64,000 nucleotides of DNA, from NCBI GenBank assembly GCA_965248925.1, contig CBDFLE010000006.1, positions 4,576,001 through 4,640,000 of the forward strand, written 5' to 3'. The stretch is from Candidatus Multivoradales bacterium (GTDB lineage Bacteria > Acidobacteriota > Thermoanaerobaculia > Multivoradales > J023). The position numbers were made by a program, and so were the translations under genes. The notes beneath the pieces are model-generated. The model ran no database searches. It was not told the origin of the DNA and worked only from the letters and a program-made list of their open reading frames with translations. Below are positions 31,037 through 41,088 of this stretch, piece after piece. Each line of letters begins with the position of its first letter. The stretch's first letter is position 1.

Positions 31037-32404
31037 ATGAGCGAAACCCAATCCACCGAACCTGCCACCGTGCTGCTCTATGGCGGCATTGTGCTGGCCA
31101 TGGACGGTCGGCGAACCGTCTTGCGCGGTGCCGAGGTCTTGCTCAGTCATGGTCGAATCCAGGCTGTTGGCAAAGCCCTGACCGCCCCGGCCGATACACG
31201 CTTGGTCGACATTTCCGGCTGCTTCCTGCTACCCGGATTGATCCAAGGGCACATCCACCTGGGCCAAACTTTCTTTCGCGGCCTCGGCGAGGGGCGTCGC
31301 TTGCTCGACTGGCTACGCCAACGGATCTGGCCGTTCGAGGCTACCCATGACGACGAGAGCGCTTATTGGTGCACGCTGCAGGGCGCGGTGGAGTGTTTGT
31401 TGGGGGGCACCACCTGCGTCCAGGATATTGGTCTTGGTCCAGCCGCCCAAGGCTATTTGCGGGCATTGGTCGACTCGCGGCTGCGGGCGATCGCTGGCAA
31501 ATGCCTGATGGATACGGGCGACGGGCTGCCGCCGTCAATGCTTGAAGAGACCGATCTTGCCCTGGCCTCGACCGAGGCTCTGGGAGATCTCTTTGACGGT
31601 GCAGGTGGCGGTCGCCTGCGCTACGCACTCAACCCACGTTTCATCTTGTCTTGCTCAGACGACTTGTGGCGCGGGGTTGCGGAACTCGCAGCTCGTCGAG
31701 GTTGGCCGATCCACACCCATGCCTTGGAGCAGCAAGACGAAACCGAGTTGGTGCGGGCGCTCAAGGGTGGGCGCGACGAGATCGAGTATTTTGACGAGGC
31801 GGGAGTCTTGGCTGCTGATCTGCGCATCGCCCACGGCGTCTGGCTCGATTCACGCCACTATCCGCGCCTCGCTGATCGGCCTTTCGCGGTGGTGCATTGC
31901 CCGGCGGCGAATCTCAAGCTGGGTTCGGGGGTTGCCGATGTCGTCGGCCTGCGGCGAGCTGGGATCCGGGTGGGCTGTGGCTGTGACGGTGCGGCCTGTA
32001 ACAACGGCCTCGACGCTTTCTCCGAACTGCGTCTGGCGGCGCAGCTGCAGCAACTGAAGCACGGTCCAGATGCATTCTCCGGCCACGATGCGCTGGATCT
32101 GATGACCCGAAGTGGCGCGGTGGCATTGGGGATGGGCGATGAGATCGGTTCGGTCGTGGCCGGTAAGAAAGCGGATTTGGTGGTGCTCGAGGGCAGCCGG
32201 CCAGAGTTCTGGGCGGCCGATCAGGCCGATCCCCACGACATTGTCGCTTTCGGCGCGCATCGCGGCTCGGTGCGGCACGTCTTCGTCGGCGGCGAGCAGC
32301 TGGTCGAGGACGGTGCTTTGGCCCATCTCGATCTGCAACAGGTCCGGCAGGGGGCCGCGGCCGCTCGCTCGGCGTGGGTCGAGCGAGCAGGGGTCAAACC
32401 CTAA
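31037..32404 (+). CDS. Amidohydrolase, MTA/SAH/5'-deoxyadenosine deaminase (AtzA/TrzA-like) family
   Basis: PGLIQGHIH, HTHALE, AHGVW, HCP.ANLKLGSG, GCDGAACNN, GKKADLVV. Confidence 0.88.
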   Translation: MSETQSTEPATVLLYGGIVLAMDGRRTVLRGAEVLLSHGRIQAVGKALTAPADTRLVDISGCFLLPGLIQGHIHLGQTFFRGLGEGRRLLDWLRQRIWPFEATHDDESAYWCTLQGAVECLLGGTTCVQDIGLGPAAQGYLRALVDSRLRAIAGKCLMDTGDGLPPSMLEETDLALASTEALGDLFDGAGGGRLRYALNPRFILSCSDDLWRGVAELAARRGWPIHTHALEQQDETELVRALKGGRDEIEYFDEAGVLAADLRIAHGVWLDSRHYPRLADRPFAVVHCPAANLKLGSGVADVVGLRRAGIRVGCGCDGAACNNGLDAFSELRLAAQLQQLKHGPDAFSGHDALDLMTRSGAVALGMGDEIGSVVAGKKADLVVLEGSRPEFWAADQADPHDIVAFGAHRGSVRHVFVGGEQLVEDGALAHLDLQQVRQGAAAARSAWVERAGVKP

Positions 32405-32918
32405 GCCAACCATCTTTCGCCCACACAGTAGAATTTCTCTGGGCTTCGAAGTGGCTCATTTGGGTTCTCTGCCTCCGCTGAAGAGGCTTAGGGCATGGAA
32501 AAACCAAGCTGGATTGGATAAGATCTGCTAGAGACCTGGGAAACTTCTTGCCTTCGAGCGAGTACTGTCTATCGATTCATCTGCTTGGCCACTTTGCTCG
32601 GAGGTTCGCGGTACCGGAAAGCAGCCCTGGTCCTGGTTCGGTCGCAACCGCCATTGCGGGATTGTGCTGGGCACGGATCTTTCGCCCGTGGCTGAGTTAG
32701 CTGGTCCAGCGCGACGCCGCAGTTGGGTAGACGGTTTCTGCAAGATGGCTGGTCTTCTGGAGAGTGCCGTGGCGCGTCGCGCCAACTCTCCGGTCTGTAT
32801 TTCGAGGATCCGTCGACCCGACGCGGCGTGGAGAGGCCGCTAGAGGTTGGATTTTTCACAAACGAGGCTTCCAAGGAAGAAGAAGCTGAGGAAGCCGCTT
32901 CGCGAGGAGTCAGTTCTC

Positions 32919-35891
32919 ATGATTAGAAGCCGAAGGGGGTCTATAACCCTCATCTTTATCTGTGCTGTGGCACTCTTGGTGCCGCAGCTGATGGCGCAGA
33001 CCACCGGCCGTGTCGAAGGTCGAACCCTAGGCCAGGACGGCAGTGGACTGCCTGGCGTAACTTTGACCGTTACCAGCCCGAACCTGCAGGGCGCGGTGAC
33101 CGCCATTTCAGGCTCGGCCGGCACCTTCCGTTTTCTCAGCCTGCCGCCAGGTTCCTACGTCCTACGGGCTAGCCTGGATGGCTTCAACACCCTAGAGCAG
33201 CAGAACGTGGTGGTCGGCATCGAGCGTACCGTGAGCCTGACCCTTGAGATGTCGGCGGCGATCGAGGCGGAAGTCATCGTCACCGCCCAAGCGCCGGTGG
33301 TCGACGTGACCAGCTCGAGTTCCGGCATCAATCTCGGTGGCGAAGTGTTTAAAGAGCTGCCGTTGGCTCGCGATCTCTACGCCGTGGCGCAGATGGCCGC
33401 CGGCTCAGGTAGTGATCGTCACGGCACCACCATCTACGGCGCCACCAGCGTCGAGAACCAGTACATCATCGATGGCCTCAACACTACTGGCGTAGAAACC
33501 GGACAGGAGAACAAACGCCTGAACGTCGAGTTCATCGAAGAGGTGCAGGTCATCACCGGCGGCTTGAACGCAGAGTACGGCCGTATCACTGGTGGTGTGA
33601 TCAACGCGGTCACCAAGTCGGGCGGCAACAACTTCAAGGGTGATGTGTTCGGCTACTTCGCCGACGACAGCTTGCAGGCCGACAACACTACCGCCAAGGA
33701 CTTGCGCAGCGATGCTTTCATCACCGTCGAGACCGGTGACGAGCAGGACTATGGTTTCGATGTGGGTGGCTACATCATCAAGGACAAGCTGTGGTTCTTT
33801 TCCGCCTTCGACCAGGTGGCCGAAGACGAAGTGAAGACGATCATCAATCCGATCAACAATACTGAAGCCGGCACGCCGCAGGTTGGCGACGTGATCACCA
33901 GCGACATCGAGCGCGATCTGTGGGCCGGCAAGCTGACCTTCAGCATTAACGAGAGCCACCGTCTCACCGGTTCAGTGTTCGCCGATCCGCAGACCAAAAC
34001 CGGCTCAATTCTTGGCCGCTTCGCGCAGATTGGCGGGCCGCCGAGTACCTTCGCCGGCACCCGTGAGAGTGGCGGCACCGACTATTCGCTGCGTTACGAC
34101 GGCCTGTTCGGGGACTCCTGGTTGGTCGAAGCCAACTATGGCTCGCACAACGAGGAAGACAAGGTCTCGGGCCCCGGCAAGACCATCGTCCACCGCATCG
34201 ACCAGTCGGTTCCGGGCAGCCCGACCAGTGGTGGCTTCCCCTTCCATCAGGACCAGGAATTCGAGCGCGAGGTCTTCCGCGGCATCGTGTCGAAGTTCTT
34301 TGGCGACCACGAGTTCAAGTTTGGCGCTGACCAGGAGGATCTGTTCGCTGAGAACAACAACTTCAATGGTGGCGCTGGACAGCGGATCTACAAGCGTAGG
34401 AAGCGTGATGGCTTTGCACAGCACTTCCGCCACCGCTTCTACGTCGACTCGCTGGCGGCTGGCTTCGATGCCGACGATCCGAGCACCTGGACCTTGGCGG
34501 TGCCGCTGACCTCGACGCCGGAGACCTCCAACACGTCCCTCTTTGTTCAGGACACTTGGCGGCTGACTTCGAACTTCACCCTCAATCTCGGTGGCCGTTT
34601 TGAGCGCCAAGAGATTGGTGACCGCTTCGGCGCTTCGCAGATTGATCTCGACGATAACTACGCCGCCCGTATCGGCATGACCTGGGATGTTCGTGGCGAC
34701 GGCCGTTCGAAGGCTTACGCCAACTACGGTCGCTACTTCTTGTCGATCCCGATGGACATCAACATCCGTGCCTTTGGCGGCGAAGTGCAGTGCTTCTGCT
34801 ACAACTTCAGCGACGATCCCAACGACTTCGCTCCCGACGCTAGTGCACCCGAGGTTTCCCGTCTGCTGGGGGCCGGTGGTACACCGGTGGACCCGGAACT
34901 CAAGGGTCAGTACATTGACGAGTTCTTGCTCGGCTATGAGTTCGAGGTGCGGCCGAACTTCGCCCTGGGCGTGCAGGCTACCTATCGCGACTTGGGCCGG
35001 GTGGTCGAGGACTTCCTGATCGTCGCCGAGGCGAACTACTTCATCGCCAACCCGGGCGAAGGGCTGGGCACTGACGTGTCGTTCTACGATTACTACTTCA
35101 GCACCCATCCGAACGGCGATGCGGTGGGTAACTTCACCGCCCCGGTCACCGGTGCTGATCGTGAGTACATTGCGGTTCAGTTCACCGCCCGCAAGCGCTA
35201 CAGCGACAACTGGCAGCTGTTGGCCAACTACGTTTGGTCGCGCCTCGAAGGCACCTACGATGGTGCTTTCCAGGTTTCCACCGGCCAGCTCGATCCGACC
35301 ATCAACTCGGCCTTCGACTACGCTGACTTCTTGGTCAACGCCGATGGCAAACTGTCGCTCGATCGCGAGCACCAGTTTCGGGTCGATGGTAGCTACCTGT
35401 TCAGCGACGGTTGGGCCGATGGCATATCGGTGGGTGCTACGGCCTTCTACAAGTCGGGCTTCCCGCTCAACGCTTACGGCTACAGTGCCGCCTACAACAA
35501 CAACGAGCTGTTCATCGTGCCGCGTGGCTCCCTCGGTCGGGGCCCCGACACCTATGAGATCGACGTCCATGTGGGCTATCCGATCGACTTGGGCGGCAAC
35601 AAGGAAATCAACCTGCTGCTCGATGTCTTCAACCTGCTCGATCGCCAGTCGATCACTCGCCTAGACGAGCGCTTCAGCCGTCCGAGCGATGATTTCTGCG
35701 ATGGTATCGACATCAACATATGCAGCAACATGGGCGGTGTCCGCAATCAGGAAGGCACTCTGAACCCGATCGGTTCGGTGGGCGATGTCCGTTCGGCTTC
35801 ACCGAATCCGGACTTCCTGCGCAGGGGAGCGAGCACTCGTACCTTCACCGAGCCGCGGACCATCCGCGTCGGTGTGCGCTTCTCGTTCTAG
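32919..35891 (+). CDS. TonB-dependent receptor, Oar-like, with N-terminal carboxypeptidase-regulatory domain
   Basis: GAGGAG SD, signal peptide, LPGVTLTV, plug (NQYIIDG...AEYGR..GGVINAVTKSG), QDTW...LNLG.R, C-terminal PRTIRVGVRFSF. Confidence 0.93.
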   Translation: MIRSRRGSITLIFICAVALLVPQLMAQTTGRVEGRTLGQDGSGLPGVTLTVTSPNLQGAVTAISGSAGTFRFLSLPPGSYVLRASLDGFNTLEQQNVVVGIERTVSLTLEMSAAIEAEVIVTAQAPVVDVTSSSSGINLGGEVFKELPLARDLYAVAQMAAGSGSDRHGTTIYGATSVENQYIIDGLNTTGVETGQENKRLNVEFIEEVQVITGGLNAEYGRITGGVINAVTKSGGNNFKGDVFGYFADDSLQADNTTAKDLRSDAFITVETGDEQDYGFDVGGYIIKDKLWFFSAFDQVAEDEVKTIINPINNTEAGTPQVGDVITSDIERDLWAGKLTFSINESHRLTGSVFADPQTKTGSILGRFAQIGGPPSTFAGTRESGGTDYSLRYDGLFGDSWLVEANYGSHNEEDKVSGPGKTIVHRIDQSVPGSPTSGGFPFHQDQEFEREVFRGIVSKFFGDHEFKFGADQEDLFAENNNFNGGAGQRIYKRRKRDGFAQHFRHRFYVDSLAAGFDADDPSTWTLAVPLTSTPETSNTSLFVQDTWRLTSNFTLNLGGRFERQEIGDRFGASQIDLDDNYAARIGMTWDVRGDGRSKAYANYGRYFLSIPMDINIRAFGGEVQCFCYNFSDDPNDFAPDASAPEVSRLLGAGGTPVDPELKGQYIDEFLLGYEFEVRPNFALGVQATYRDLGRVVEDFLIVAEANYFIANPGEGLGTDVSFYDYYFSTHPNGDAVGNFTAPVTGADREYIAVQFTARKRYSDNWQLLANYVWSRLEGTYDGAFQVSTGQLDPTINSAFDYADFLVNADGKLSLDREHQFRVDGSYLFSDGWADGISVGATAFYKSGFPLNAYGYSAAYNNNELFIVPRGSLGRGPDTYEIDVHVGYPIDLGGNKEINLLLDVFNLLDRQSITRLDERFSRPSDDFCDGIDINICSNMGGVRNQEGTLNPIGSVGDVRSASPNPDFLRRGASTRTFTEPRTIRVGVRFSF

Positions 35892-35956
35892 CTTGCCAAG
35901 CCCTAGGGAGCACGCCACAGGTGCTGCGCTCTAGGGGCGTGTAACACGCGTGATAT

Positions 35957-35989
35957 AAAAGGGTCTCCTTCACCGGAGGCCCTTTTCTT
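35957..35989 (+). terminator. Intrinsic terminator-like hairpin containing the SD of the next gene
   Basis: AAAAGGGTCTCC-TTCACC-GGAGGCCCTTTT-CTT immediately before ATG 35990. Confidence 0.7.
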
Positions 35990-38377
35990 ATGGCGCGAAA
36001 AGCTCTCTTTCTGGCCACGATTGTCCTGGTATTGGCTGGCCTGGGTGCCTGGCACTTACGGTTTCAGCCGGCTGGCCAGGCACGGGTGCAGCGTCAGGGA
36101 GAGAAGCTCGATTGGACGACGGCTCGCTTGGGCTGGGCACCGCGCTACCGCGGCAGCAGCTGTTTGGTGCCGCGCCAGGGAGAATTGCTGATTTATGCCG
36201 GTGAGGTGCGGCCGGTGGGGCGCACCGGTGAGTCTTACCCCCTGCAACTGGAGTTTTCCTACCTTCCTCCGCCTCAGCTAGCGACTGATTGGCCGGCTGG
36301 CGACTGGTGCTATTCACTACCCGCTCGGCTTGGCCAGATGGCTACCGATTGGTTGCGCGAAGTGGGTCCGGACGGGGTGCGTAGGGGTGACCGCGACCGC
36401 GCGGTGGGGCAAGCCCTAGAAGGGGCCCTGAGGGTTGCTGGTTTTGCGCGCCTCGAGCTGGCAGCGACCTTTGAGATGCCGGCCGGGATGGTGGAGCCGG
36501 CGGCGATCGAGCAGGTCGCCAAGCAGCGGCGGCCGCAGCCACCGGTTTTTCTGATCGGTCTCGATGGCGGTGACTGGCAGCTGCTCGATCGCTATATCAC
36601 TGAGGGCTTGATGCCAAACTTGGCCGGGCTGGTCGCGGGTGGGCGTCGCGGTGTTCTGCTCAGTGAACACCCTCCTTTGTCGCCGCTGCTGTGGACGACT
36701 TTGGTCACTGGCGTTTCCCCCCTCGAACACAGGATTCTCGACTTCACCCGTTTTCGCCCCGGCGATGGCTTGAAGGAACCGATTACCAGCGACGAGCGGC
36801 AGATGCCGGCGCTGTGGAACATGGCGACCCAAGCGGGTCTCGAAAGTGCCGTCTTCGGGCTCTGGGCGACCTATCCGGCCGAACCGATCAAGGGTCTGCT
36901 GGTCTCCGATCGGCTGATCACCTTTCTCTACCAAGAGCAAGATCCGCCGCCGGGGGTGGTTTTCCCCAGTCGGCGGGAGGAGTGGGCGCGCGCTGTGCTG
37001 CGGCAGGTCGAACGGACGGTTGACTTCGACCAAGTGCAGACCTTTCTGCCTTGGCTAGATCGGGCCGAGTACGATCGCCAGGCGAAACCCGAGGGCGACC
37101 CCTACGCTCATCCGGTGGGGGCCTTGCGCCGCATCCTGGTGGAGACCCAGGTCTACCATCGCTTGGCGGTGGAGCAGCTGGCCGCCGGCGAGACTGATCT
37201 GGCAATTGTCTATCTGCAGGGGTCTGACACCATCGGTCATGTCTTTGCCCCTTTTGCCCCACCTCGGCAGGTGACGATTTCGGCTCAAGACTTTCGTCGC
37301 TACAGCGAGGTGCCGAGGCGATTTTTCGCTTACCTTGATGGCCTTCTCGGAGAATATCGCGACTTGGCTGCCCAGCAAGGCGCGGTGTTGATGCTGGCCT
37401 CAGATCATGGCTTCCGCTGGAGCGAGGGGCGACCTACCGAGTTGTCGAGTTCGGCTGTAGCCACCGCCGCGCGCTGGCATCGCCAGCAGGGTATCTACCT
37501 CTTGTGGGGTCCTGGAATCGAGTCCGGTGAGGGGCCCCAGGGTGGCTTGCGGCAAGTTTGCGCAACGGTAGTAGAATTGCTCGGTTTGGCGCCGGGTGAA
37601 GGACTTGCGGGACCCCTGCTGGCTGGCCTGCAACCCACTGGAGCCGCGCTCGACTATGGCGTCGGGTTCACCCCTCGAAAAGCAGCCTCGCTGCCGGCGG
37701 CAAATCTTGCGGCGGCGGCCGAAGAACTGGCCAAGCTTCGCTCCCTGGGCTACCTCGGAGGCTCAGAGCCCACCCAGGCTCCAGCGGCTGCCGCGGCTAG
37801 TGGTCGCACTGCCGGCTCGTGGAACAACCAAGGATTGATCCTCAAGGCCGAGGGGCAGCAGGTGGCGGCGGTGGCCGCGTTCGAGAGCGCGCTGACGGTC
37901 AATCCGCGGCTGGCTTCGGCATTGTGGAATCTGAGCGATCTGCTCTTCGCCCGCGATGAGGATCTCGAACGCTCTGATCGGCTGTTGGCGCGGGCCTACG
38001 GCCAGGGCCTGCCCCAGGGTTTGAAGTACCTGATCGGGCGGGCGATCGGCTATCAGCGGCAAGGTCGGGTGCAGCGCAGCCTGGCATTGCTCGAAGACGC
38101 CCTCAGCATGCGCGCGGATGAGCCTGACCTGTGGCTGTTTCGCGGTCGCTACCGGATCGAAGGTGGCGATTGCGATGGGGCGAGCCAAGATTTCGAACGT
38201 GCGTTGCAGCTCGATCCGGATCGACCGCAGTCGCTGGCTTCGGCCGCCATGGCAAGCCTCTGCCTAGGCGATGCCCAGGCTGCCCAGGGGATGTTGCAAC
38301 GATCGCTGGAACTCGATCCAGAGCAGCCAGCAGTGCGTCAGATGTTACGCCAGATGGCGGAAGGAGCAGCTCGATGA
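35990..38377 (+). CDS. Alkaline-phosphatase-superfamily (NPP/phosphodiesterase-like) protein with C-terminal TPRs
   Basis: IGLDGGDW, PLSPLLWTTLVTG, DTIGH, SDHG, LRSLGYL, followed by TPR repeats. Confidence 0.88.
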   Translation: MARKALFLATIVLVLAGLGAWHLRFQPAGQARVQRQGEKLDWTTARLGWAPRYRGSSCLVPRQGELLIYAGEVRPVGRTGESYPLQLEFSYLPPPQLATDWPAGDWCYSLPARLGQMATDWLREVGPDGVRRGDRDRAVGQALEGALRVAGFARLELAATFEMPAGMVEPAAIEQVAKQRRPQPPVFLIGLDGGDWQLLDRYITEGLMPNLAGLVAGGRRGVLLSEHPPLSPLLWTTLVTGVSPLEHRILDFTRFRPGDGLKEPITSDERQMPALWNMATQAGLESAVFGLWATYPAEPIKGLLVSDRLITFLYQEQDPPPGVVFPSRREEWARAVLRQVERTVDFDQVQTFLPWLDRAEYDRQAKPEGDPYAHPVGALRRILVETQVYHRLAVEQLAAGETDLAIVYLQGSDTIGHVFAPFAPPRQVTISAQDFRRYSEVPRRFFAYLDGLLGEYRDLAAQQGAVLMLASDHGFRWSEGRPTELSSSAVATAARWHRQQGIYLLWGPGIESGEGPQGGLRQVCATVVELLGLAPGEGLAGPLLAGLQPTGAALDYGVGFTPRKAASLPAANLAAAAEELAKLRSLGYLGGSEPTQAPAAAAASGRTAGSWNNQGLILKAEGQQVAAVAAFESALTVNPRLASALWNLSDLLFARDEDLERSDRLLARAYGQGLPQGLKYLIGRAIGYQRQGRVQRSLALLEDALSMRADEPDLWLFRGRYRIEGGDCDGASQDFERALQLDPDRPQSLASAAMASLCLGDAQAAQGMLQRSLELDPEQPAVRQMLRQMAEGAAR

Positions 38378-40062
38378 AGAGTCGTTGTTGGGTGATGGCG
38401 TGGGGTCTCTTGAGTGTGATCAGCAGTGCTGGGCAAGCGGCCGAGGTTGCCGGTTCGGTGGACGATCGGATCGATGTCACGGCGGTGACAGTGACGGTCG
38501 AGGTGGACGAGTTCGGCTGGGATCTATCGACCGCGGATTTCGAGGTTCTCGAAGACGGTCGGCCCCAGACCCTACTCAGTGTCGAGCGGGCTGCTGCCGA
38601 CGGCGACCGAGCGGCGGGCCCGTGGCAGATCGTGCTGTACCTCGATCGCCGCCTGTCCGACCGCCGCAGCCTTCGCCGGGCGGCGGCTGCATTGGCCGCT
38701 CAAGCGTCACAGCTGGTCGCCCTCGGCGAGGTGCAGATCCTGGCCGCTGAGACCGAACTCGAGCAGTTGCTCAAACCGACCCGCAATGTTGCGACTCTGC
38801 GCGACGCGCTCAAGCGGCTGGCGAAGAAGGGCACCGGGCGGGGCGAGTTGCTGCGCCTGCGCCGCCAGTTCCTGCGCGATGCCACAGAGACGGACTCCTC
38901 AGATCAGTTGAGCCGGATACGCTCGGTCCAGTCTTCCAGGGGTTCGACGGCGCCCACTGGAACTCCGGGCGGCAGTTCCCAGGATCAGCTCCGCGGTGGT
39001 CGCGAGGTCGGGGCTCGTGGTCGCATGCTGGCCCGTGGCGCGGCGGTCGAGGAAGCTCGGCTGGTGGATCACCAGTTGGACCTGCTCAGCCGTTGGGTGA
39101 GTCGGCAACGCTTCCCTGGCCCGCGGGCGCTGATCTTGGTCAACGACGGTTTCGACCTCGATCCGCGCGACTTCTATCTGCGGCTGGTGCCGGAGCGCGA
39201 CGAGTCGGAGATCAGTGGCCTTTTGCAGGAGCTATCGATGGGTGCCCGCCAGGAACGCCTGAGCCGGCTACTGGCGGCCCAAGGGTGGACCGTGCTGGCG
39301 GTGGCTACCGGTGAGGGTCAAGGTGGCCTACCGGGCGATTCTGGCAGTCAGCATGGCGCCAACGCAGCCGCCAACAGTGGGATCGAAAGCACTAAGCAGC
39401 TGCCCAAATTTCTCCTGGCTCACGGCCTGCAGCCGCTGACCAGCTTCGCCGAGGCCAGCGGCGGTGTGCTGTTGACCTCCGAGGATTTGCTGGCGGAGGC
39501 GGTCGCCAGCCTAGGCCGGCGTTGGCGCTTGACTTACCAGGTGGAACGGCAGCCCGATGGCCGGATTCACGAAGTGGAAGTGCGCTTGCGGGAACTCGGC
39601 GGCGAGGTGCGAGCGCCGCTGTGGATCGCTTCGGAGACGCTTGAGGAGATAGCTTTTGAGCGGGCGCGGAATATGGTCGAGGGAAACCTCGAAGGTGGTG
39701 AGTTGTCGTTGCAGGCGGCGATTTTCTTTCCCTCTGCACGGGAAGAGAACTACTCGGGTGGACCGCGGCGTGGCACCCTGGCGGTACGCGCTGACCTAGC
39801 GCCGTTGGCAGCCCTGCGGCACACCTTGCAGACGGCGGACGTGCGGGTCTCCTTGGCGGTTTTCTACCCCGAGCGGGATCCCTTCACCCACCATCAGGTG
39901 GTTCGCAGTCAAGACCTGTCGCTGGAGGGCACCTGGGACTTCTCGACCCAACTCAACCTGCCAGCCGATGCTGCTCGGGTAGTGGTGGTGGTGGAAGAGT
40001 TGGCGAGTGGGGTCTGGGGAGCCGCCGCCGCGCCGCTGATGACCCGCCGGCAAGGTTCATGA
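38374..40062 (+). CDS. Acidobacterial VWFA-related domain protein
   Basis: LSTADFEVLEDGRPQ, IVLYLD, RALILVNDGF, AEASGG, DGRIHEVEV; ATGA-coupled to the previous gene. Confidence 0.8.
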   Translation: MKSRCWVMAWGLLSVISSAGQAAEVAGSVDDRIDVTAVTVTVEVDEFGWDLSTADFEVLEDGRPQTLLSVERAAADGDRAAGPWQIVLYLDRRLSDRRSLRRAAAALAAQASQLVALGEVQILAAETELEQLLKPTRNVATLRDALKRLAKKGTGRGELLRLRRQFLRDATETDSSDQLSRIRSVQSSRGSTAPTGTPGGSSQDQLRGGREVGARGRMLARGAAVEEARLVDHQLDLLSRWVSRQRFPGPRALILVNDGFDLDPRDFYLRLVPERDESEISGLLQELSMGARQERLSRLLAAQGWTVLAVATGEGQGGLPGDSGSQHGANAAANSGIESTKQLPKFLLAHGLQPLTSFAEASGGVLLTSEDLLAEAVASLGRRWRLTYQVERQPDGRIHEVEVRLRELGGEVRAPLWIASETLEEIAFERARNMVEGNLEGGELSLQAAIFFPSAREENYSGGPRRGTLAVRADLAPLAALRHTLQTADVRVSLAVFYPERDPFTHHQVVRSQDLSLEGTWDFSTQLNLPADAARVVVVVEELASGVWGAAAAPLMTRRQGS

Positions 40063-40199
40063 GGCGGTCGCCCGCGCCTCGCTGCGGCGTGCTATAGTCC
40101 GCCCGTCCAGATTTCCAGCTTGTTGGCTCTTGCCGCCGGCAGTTCCTTGCCGCGTGTTTTCGCCGTGCCTCCTTTCCTCTGCCAGGAGAGGACAGGAGC

Positions 40200-40868
40200 A
40201 TGGAGCCCCAACCAGCCTTTTCACCCGCCGCGCGTACCGCGCCAACCGCATGTGAGTTGTTCCGCCGTTGCATTCACTTGCAGCGGGCCCAGGATTGGCA
40301 GATCTTTGTCGAGCGCTACTGCCACAAGGTTGCCAAGACGGTTTCCTGGGCCTTCAGCCGTCTAGCGGCTTGGCCGAGCACCGACGAGCCCGAGGACATT
40401 ACTCAGGAACTCTATTGCCGGTTGCTCGCGGGTGCCGCCAGAGAGTTTCGCGGCGAGACCGAGGGCGAGCTGTGGACCTATCTGGGGCAGGTGGTCTTTC
40501 ACCTGCTGCTCGATCGCCAGCGGCAGCGGACAGCTGCCAAGCGCACCCTGCCACGGGCCTACACGCCAGTCCGTCCAGAGTACGCGCCGAGTACCTTGAG
40601 TTCGCCTGAGGAGGTCACGCTGACTTCTGAACGCCGCCGGGTGTTTCTGCTCAGCTGCGCGAGCGCCCTGCGAGGACCGCGCTCTGGACCACGACTGCGG
40701 GCTCTGTGGTTGGCGATCATCGGCGGCTGGAGCAGCCAAGAAGCGGCCCAGGCGGTGGGCGGGGCGCTCAGCGGACCGCAGATCGACAGCATGATTCACC
40801 GTCTCAGGAGACGCCTGGAGGCGCAGGGAATGCACTTGCCGCGGCGCTCGGTAGCACGTGCAGTTTGA
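40200..40868 (+). CDS. ECF-type sigma70 factor
   Basis: AGGAG SD; region 2 (WQIFVERY...EDITQELY...WTYL), region 4-like (GWSSQEAA...IHRLRRRL). Confidence 0.75.
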   Translation: MEPQPAFSPAARTAPTACELFRRCIHLQRAQDWQIFVERYCHKVAKTVSWAFSRLAAWPSTDEPEDITQELYCRLLAGAAREFRGETEGELWTYLGQVVFHLLLDRQRQRTAAKRTLPRAYTPVRPEYAPSTLSSPEEVTLTSERRRVFLLSCASALRGPRSGPRLRALWLAIIGGWSSQEAAQAVGGALSGPQIDSMIHRLRRRLEAQGMHLPRRSVARAV

Positions 40869-40932
40869 GTGAAAATTAGCCGCCGCAGGGGCTTTCTGCG
40901 GTAAATTGGCAGGCCAATCTAGAAAATCGGGT

Positions 40933-40962
40933 TTGACGCCGCTTCCCCGACATGGATAGAAT
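40933..40962 (+). promoter_or_regulatory. sigma70 promoter for the 41089 gene
   Basis: TTGACG, 18 nt, TAGAAT. Confidence 0.55.
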
Positions 40963-41088
40963 TTATCGAATAGCTTAGGTAGTCCTTGAACTCTTGGAGC
41001 TAAGTCAGCATCTCGACAGGATCTTCTCTGAGGTGAGAAGCCGTGATCGAGGTTCTAGAGGCTCCGGGTTCGGCTGGAGGAGAGAGTC

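Noticed and set aside
32660-32745. sigma54 promoter for the TonB-dependent receptor
   Set aside because: Near-matches lack correct GG-N10-GC spacing.
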